From the human T2T-CHM13v2.0 reference genome, Homo sapiens: a stretch of DNA of 64,000 bases. Numbering within the stretch: position 1 is the stretch's first letter; every line of letters begins with the position of its first letter. The stretch is from NCBI RefSeq assembly GCF_009914755.1, contig NC_060942.1. One strand, 5' to 3'. Below, piece by piece: positions 58,500-64,000 of this stretch. The notes under the pieces are model-generated. The model was not told where the DNA came from, made no database searches, and saw only the letters and a program-made list of their open reading frames with translations. The position numbers and the translations under genes are program-made.

Positions 58500-59076
58500 T
58501 CCCTCCCACAGTAAACAACCACATAACTGTAATAAGAAGCTTTCTGAATAATTTATAATTTGCAAACAAAAGTTCATCTGATTATGCTGAAATGACAGAC
58601 ACTCTGCCTAACAGTGTGTATTATCAAAGAGAGCTTTTTTCTTTTTTCCATTTTGGTGACTGACTATTTACACAAATTGAAGAGAAATAGCTATGTACAC
58701 TATTACCTTTAAATTATTTTTTAATCTACCTTTTAATCTTTCAAAACTATACAGGAACAATATAATTATTCTCTGCCAATCACTGACAATGGCACATTCA
58801 AAAGCATTTTCCTATGCGGATGAACAAAAAAGACATTCAAGATAATGTGCAATTCATTGCTTCTTTTTTCCTAGGAAATGGGTGTTTCCGGGTTTTATAT
58901 CATCAGTGACTCATGACTATTTTACGCTCTGTTTTCCTTGTTACATGGACAGAAAACATTTAAGACATATGATTTGCTGTGCAGCCACACCACCCCTTCT
59001 TGTCTCCTCTTGTCTTGGTGTCAGATGTGAAAATGATGGAGCTCTTATTTGTTTTAAAGCAAAAGTCTTTGATTAA
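58500..59076 (+). pseudogene. Pseudo-exon region with two RGS C-terminal motifs
   Basis: LQTKVHLIMLK (58560) vs [38 protein letters not shown] (58824-58905) vs [27 protein letters not shown]. Confidence 0.55.
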
Positions 59077-59539
59077 AACTGATGGTTTGGTTGGAGCCAC
59101 TTTGGGAGCTAATCAGACAATATAGAGAACAGAAACATTAATACTCCTCTCAAATAATGCCGGGGTAAAAATTGTACAATTTGGAGGGAAGTATGAAGTT
59201 TGGCTCATAATTTTGGCATTGATGATGAACCCTTTAAGGGGCCCCTCACTTATGTTTAGGTGATGAAATCCCATACTGTGATTGTTCTGAAAGTACAAGT
59301 CATGTCTGCACTGTAAACAATAGCTCTCTTACATTTTCAGAAGACCGGTAATTTTTCTTGAGAGAGTTCATTTGTTTTCTCAAATTATCTAGAATAGCAA
59401 TCTGTCTTCTCCATATTATTATTACTTAATTTCACTTCAGGTTGGTTTTGGTAAATTTCCCTGGAGTTTGCCAAAACTTGGATATTGGGTTAAATAGGTA
59501 TGCATAGCGTGGATTCATGTCCAACATCTGCTTTTTCAG

Positions 59540-59740
59540 AACATTCTACTAAAAGCTGGCAGGAATTAAGAATGTTCAAAACTGTACAATATAACATCTC
59601 TATCTTCTAGAATTTGAGAATTCTTTTTAAACAACAGAAAATCACTTTCCATAGACCATAGATTCTAACAATCTGCAAAGAGGAAACCTCTTTCAACATA
59701 CTCTACTGGGCATTTTCCCCCAGGGATAGAGGAGGCTGCA
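59540..59740 (+). pseudogene. Pseudo-exon (RGS helix 4)
   Basis: Acceptor ctttttcag; CKEETSFNILYWAF vs LKSEFSEENILFWLA. Confidence 0.5.
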
Positions 59741-61611
59741 GTGGCAGGTGCACTGCTCTTCATCAGCTCAGAACCCAAGAAAGCTATGGGAAACCTACCA
59801 AAGAGAACTGCAGGGTTCATGGTCATCTGAAGCCAGGTTTTTAGAGACATCTGGCCAAGCCTTTAGAATCAAGCATGGATTTAGAAATCATCTGAGAATC
59901 CACTGATTCTCATTCTCCAATGGGAAGTTCATCCCAGTACCATATGGGGCCAGCTGAGAATTCTGTCACCACACCAGCACCAGCACCCATCTGTTCTTTC
60001 TTATCTGAAGTGGTTAGAAGACGGACATGGGCTAGCTGTGAGATCAGCACCACTCATTGGGATCAGATGTACAGGCGCCCGTTATTCCATCATCAGGGAC
60101 TTTCATTCTTGGCCTGGAACCATTTGGTATCAATATTAAGAAATTCCATTAGACCAACATTTCTCTGGATATATTTTCACTAATATTTTACTTGGAAAGC
60201 AGCCACTAGCTCTTTTTAGACTTTTTAACAGTTGTCAGATGATTAAACTTTTCATTCTATAATAACTTAGGGTGGATTTAAACCATGCCATATCTCCTAG
60301 TTTCTGAATCATCCCATCTCTCCCCTATTAGCAAATTTAATGGTTAGGAGTAGGCAGACAGCCCACCAAGGACTTCTCAAATAAGAATGTTTAGAAAGGA
60401 GACACCTCCACATTTAACAATGGCAAATGCCGTCCCTCTTAGGAATTTGATTTCATTATAAGGAAAAAAATCTTTCCTGCATTGGTGAAAACTGCATAAA
60501 TAATAATGTATACATTTTATTTGCCTTTACTCTCTCAGGGGCTTTAATTTCTACAGAAAGGAATATCTTTTGAGTCTATCTTAAGTGATGAAACATGTCA
60601 AGAAATTCAGAATTATCCCATCTGTAAGAAAATCACCACCCCCCCCCAAAAAAAAAAAAAAAAAAGCTCAGACTCAAGCCCAGTAGACTTTCCTTTGTCC
60701 CTCTGTGTTGGGCATGCCTCAGCCTCCTGAATCAGCCCCTGGAGGGCATTGAGGCTGGCTTGATGTCACTTCTCCAGGGCAACAGATACTCCTGGAAAGA
60801 ATGGTGTGTTTATAATTTTTATCCTTTTATTATTGTTTAATTACCTTCTGATACAAACAAGTGTCCTTGTGAAGGCTAAAAATAAACAGGATGGAGTTAG
60901 GCCAGACACCATCATAGTAAGACTTTTAGAGACAGACATTTCATTCCAAAAATTGAGTCTTGAATATAAAACTCTCTTTTTGGTTATCTAAGCACTAAGT
61001 CCACATACACAGGAGTCTATGAGTCTAATGTTTCCTTCATGACTCTTATTCAAAATTAGGGCAATGCTAGAGTATCTATTAAAGATTCAGGGCTTGGATT
61101 TTTATTAATGTTTGAGGTTCTTATTTCTGTTGATGAACAACATGAAAAATAAAACAGTGACAAGACAAATAGTGCCAGAGCAAAAGAGAACTCTATATTT
61201 TCTAACATTTCTTTTTTCAGTCATTTAACTTTAAATAAAATAGAGCAGAACATCATGTATTTTCCTGAAGGTGGAGGTGAATGGGAAAGGAAATGGTTTT
61301 ATAGTGATGAAGATGGAAATTTGCAAATCATTTCACATTTAGCTTTTCCTTTTTACATTTGAAGCTTACTCACGGGAAAGGAAAAAAACGTATCGATAGC
61401 ACTTGGTTCCATAAAGGGGTTGCAAATATATTTGAGAACATGCTCTACCTAGAAAGGAAACCTGGAAGGGGAAGATTGAGGGGGGACAGAGAATCTTTGT
61501 GAGAACGAGAGAAGATCGTGTGAATGGCCCCTAGTAAAGCACCTGGCATGTTGTGGAAATTAAGGAGTGTGGTCTCTTTCCCTGAAAGAAGAGAGAAGAA
61601 AACAGCTTTCA

Positions 61612-61632
61612 GGGGTCGGGGCTGGGGTGGGG
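61612..61632 (+). other. G-quadruplex motif G4-TC-G4-CT-G4-T-G4
   Basis: ggggtcggggctggggtgggg. Confidence 0.8.
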
Positions 61633-61879
61633 TCAGAGAAGTTCTTTTTCACTATGGAAGTTAGTGAAAAGATCTCATTCCCCAATAATTTAATCTTTGT
61701 CTTTCCTGGCAAAAGTGAAAATCTTTCTGATCAGTCTTCTTGAATAGTGTATTTTGCTATTCTAAAGCATAAATAAGAGAATTTTGTTGCTGACTTTTTT
61801 TTTTCATTTCCTTCAGACAATAGTAGTGATGGGTTGAAGAATAGAAAGAACAGAAGGTAATGTGAGAGCGATTAGAATC

Positions 61880-62125
61880 ATATTAAAATAATGATAGCAG
61901 CTGTCATTGACTGAGCCCTTATAATACATGGAGTGTTATATGCAGTATTATACTTCTTAGAACAAGTTAAAACTGGGATTATTGCCCTTATTTTGCAAAT
62001 GCATAAAACCTTCAAAAAAATTCAAGCGCATTGTTAAAGTGATAACAGTGTGCAAGTGGCAGCTAGGATTTTTAACTGGAATCTCTTAAACCCCAAGTCA
62101 GTATTATTTGCACGGTGCTTTCCAC
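61880..62125 (-). mobile_element. MIR
   Basis: aataatgatagcagctgtcattgactgagc...attattgcccttattttgcaaatg. Confidence 0.65.
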
Positions 62126-62476
62126 TTGTCAGTGGTTCATCTCAGCCAGACAGAAAAACAGCTTTAGCCATCGAAATGGAATCAGGACCTTGCTCTCATG
62201 CAGTGTTGACCAGAGTGCTCATATCTAGCAGGGTTAGGTCTCCAAAAGGGTTGCTGTCACAACTGGACAGTGGCTGTTGAGAAAAAAATAAGAATGAAGA
62301 GGAAGTGGTAACAAAAAGTCCCAGAAGAGGAGAACAGGGCAGGAACGACAAGAGTGAGGAAGTTAGGAGGTGACCTGCCATCAACTGCATATTTTCTGTG
62401 GTCCTTCCTAAACTCCTAGTCAGCCCCTTCATTGTTATCAGAGGGTCACAGGAAATGCTCTGTCCCATTCCCTATC

Positions 62477-62773
62477 TTTTTTTTTTTTTTTCCTGAGACA
62501 AAGTCTTGCTCTGTCACCCAGGCTGGAGTGCAGTGGCATGATCTTGGCTCACTGCAACCTCTGCCTTCGGATTCAAGCGATTCTCCTGCCTCAGCCTCCT
62601 GAGTAGCTGGGACTACAGGTGTGTGCCACCATGCCCAGCTGATTTTTGTATTTTTAGTAGAGATGGGGTTTCACCATGTTGGCCAGGATGGTCTTGATCT
62701 CTTGACCTTGTGATCAGCCCTCCTTGGCCTCCAAAAGTGCTTGGATTACAGGCGTGAGCTACCACGCCCAGCC
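62477..62773 (-). mobile_element. AluSc
   Basis: ggccaggatggtcttgatctcttgaccttgtgatc diagnostic; TSD-like ca(t/a)tccctat. Confidence 0.9.
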
Positions 62774-64000
62774 CTCAATCCCTATGTTTTTTAAGGCACC
62801 GCCTATTGTTACTTAATAGATATTCTATATTTTGCCCATGAAGAAAGAACAGAATCTAACAGCTATATTATTGACTCTATTTTCTGAGGCAAGTGCACAC
62901 CCAGTCTCAGTTTTCTAATTCCCTGTCCCCGACCCCAGTAGCTTGAGCAACCCTTGGAACTGTGCAACTGATCTTGGCACAGAACACCAGAAGGTGAGCG
63001 CTTGGGGCCATGCACTGGAAGGTGAGGATATTAGTACTGTCTGCCCAGAAAGACAAAACAACCCACAAGTGGGCTTGTTTTATGTAAGACTAAAGCCTCA
63101 TTCATCTACTGGCCTGCTCAGACCCACCCATTCAGTTTCTCTGGTGGTTTGGAATGGAGTCTCTGTGGGTGCCCTATGGAATTTTGTTGGGGTGACGTGA
63201 GTGCTTCCAAAGAGCTGGTTTCTTGAAGCCAAAGTGCTGAAAATGAGGCTAAGAAGGAAATACAGAAGCCTATGGGGGGAGTGTGGGAACATGACCCTCT
63301 CTGCCTTGTTAATGCTGCCAATATTTGTGTTAGAGGAGTAACAGGAACAAGCATTTGATCAATAGTCCAGAAAAGCTTGGGGAGGAGAAAGAAAGAGAGG
63401 GCAGCTAATTCCCCAAGTCCAGCTGCTGAAAGGGTGTTTGCTTTACCTTAATCAGTGGTGCATCACCAAGGGATTATGAAAACTGCCCAGAGGTGCTTGC
63501 CACCACTGTCTATGTTGGATCCCCAGTAGCTACTCCAAAGAAACATGCAGAATAAATAACACACTGTGCTTGGTAAGCAAATATAGCTCTAAGTCAAGTC
63601 TCCAAACTCATTGTTCCAACCACATGGAACCCTGCTGTAAAGACATTCTGAGGTAGTCACTGGTGTGGACATAAAGGCTAGATTAAATCTAACATACAGA
63701 TTCAGTAAGTGGGTATCAATTTGTTTACAGATGTATATACATGCTGGTAAATTTATGCATAGATAGGCAAGGTACAACTCACAAATCTACATTCACATTT
63801 CCACTGTCATTCTATCCCTGCACAAAGTTCCCTAAGCTCTGTTGTTTCTCAAAACATAGTCACATTTAATTACCACAATATTTGAGATAAATAAACCATT
63901 TTAAATTGCACCAATTCTAAACAGTTCTTCACTTTGTCCTATTTTGGGTTGGGAGTTGAATTTAGAATTGCTGTAAAGTCAGCATTGTTTAAGGGATCTG

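Noticed and set aside
58300-59100. Possible enhancer (TGACTCA, GTAAACA and homeobox-like sites)
   Set aside because: Such short motifs are expected by chance, and the region is better explained as pseudo-exon sequence

Overview
AT-rich human genomic DNA (a human-specific AluYa5 is present) with no CpG island and no intact protein-coding gene. Most of the window is interspersed repeats: Alu, L1, L2, MIR, LTRs (LTR7, THE1, MLT2, MER21, MST, MER41B, MER61, MLT1) and DNA transposons (MER69/Arthur, Tigger4, MADE1). The main observation is that non-repeat islands between about 8.5 and 60 kb repeatedly give + strand reading frames, broken by stops and frameshifts and often bounded by splice signals, that reproduce RGS-domain helix motifs with correct spacing. 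This suggests a large, decayed, multi-exon gene with ten or more RGS-like domains (a candidate unitary pseudogene). The call rests on by-eye alignment to RGS4/RGS22-type motifs recalled from memory and needs an HMM and ortholog test. The window also holds several local templated-duplication scars (including an inverted duplication with arms of about 85 bp), an L1 with a short 3' transduction and a twin-primed L1. Repeat subfamily names are also from memory, and boundaries without a target-site duplication (TSD) are approximate.
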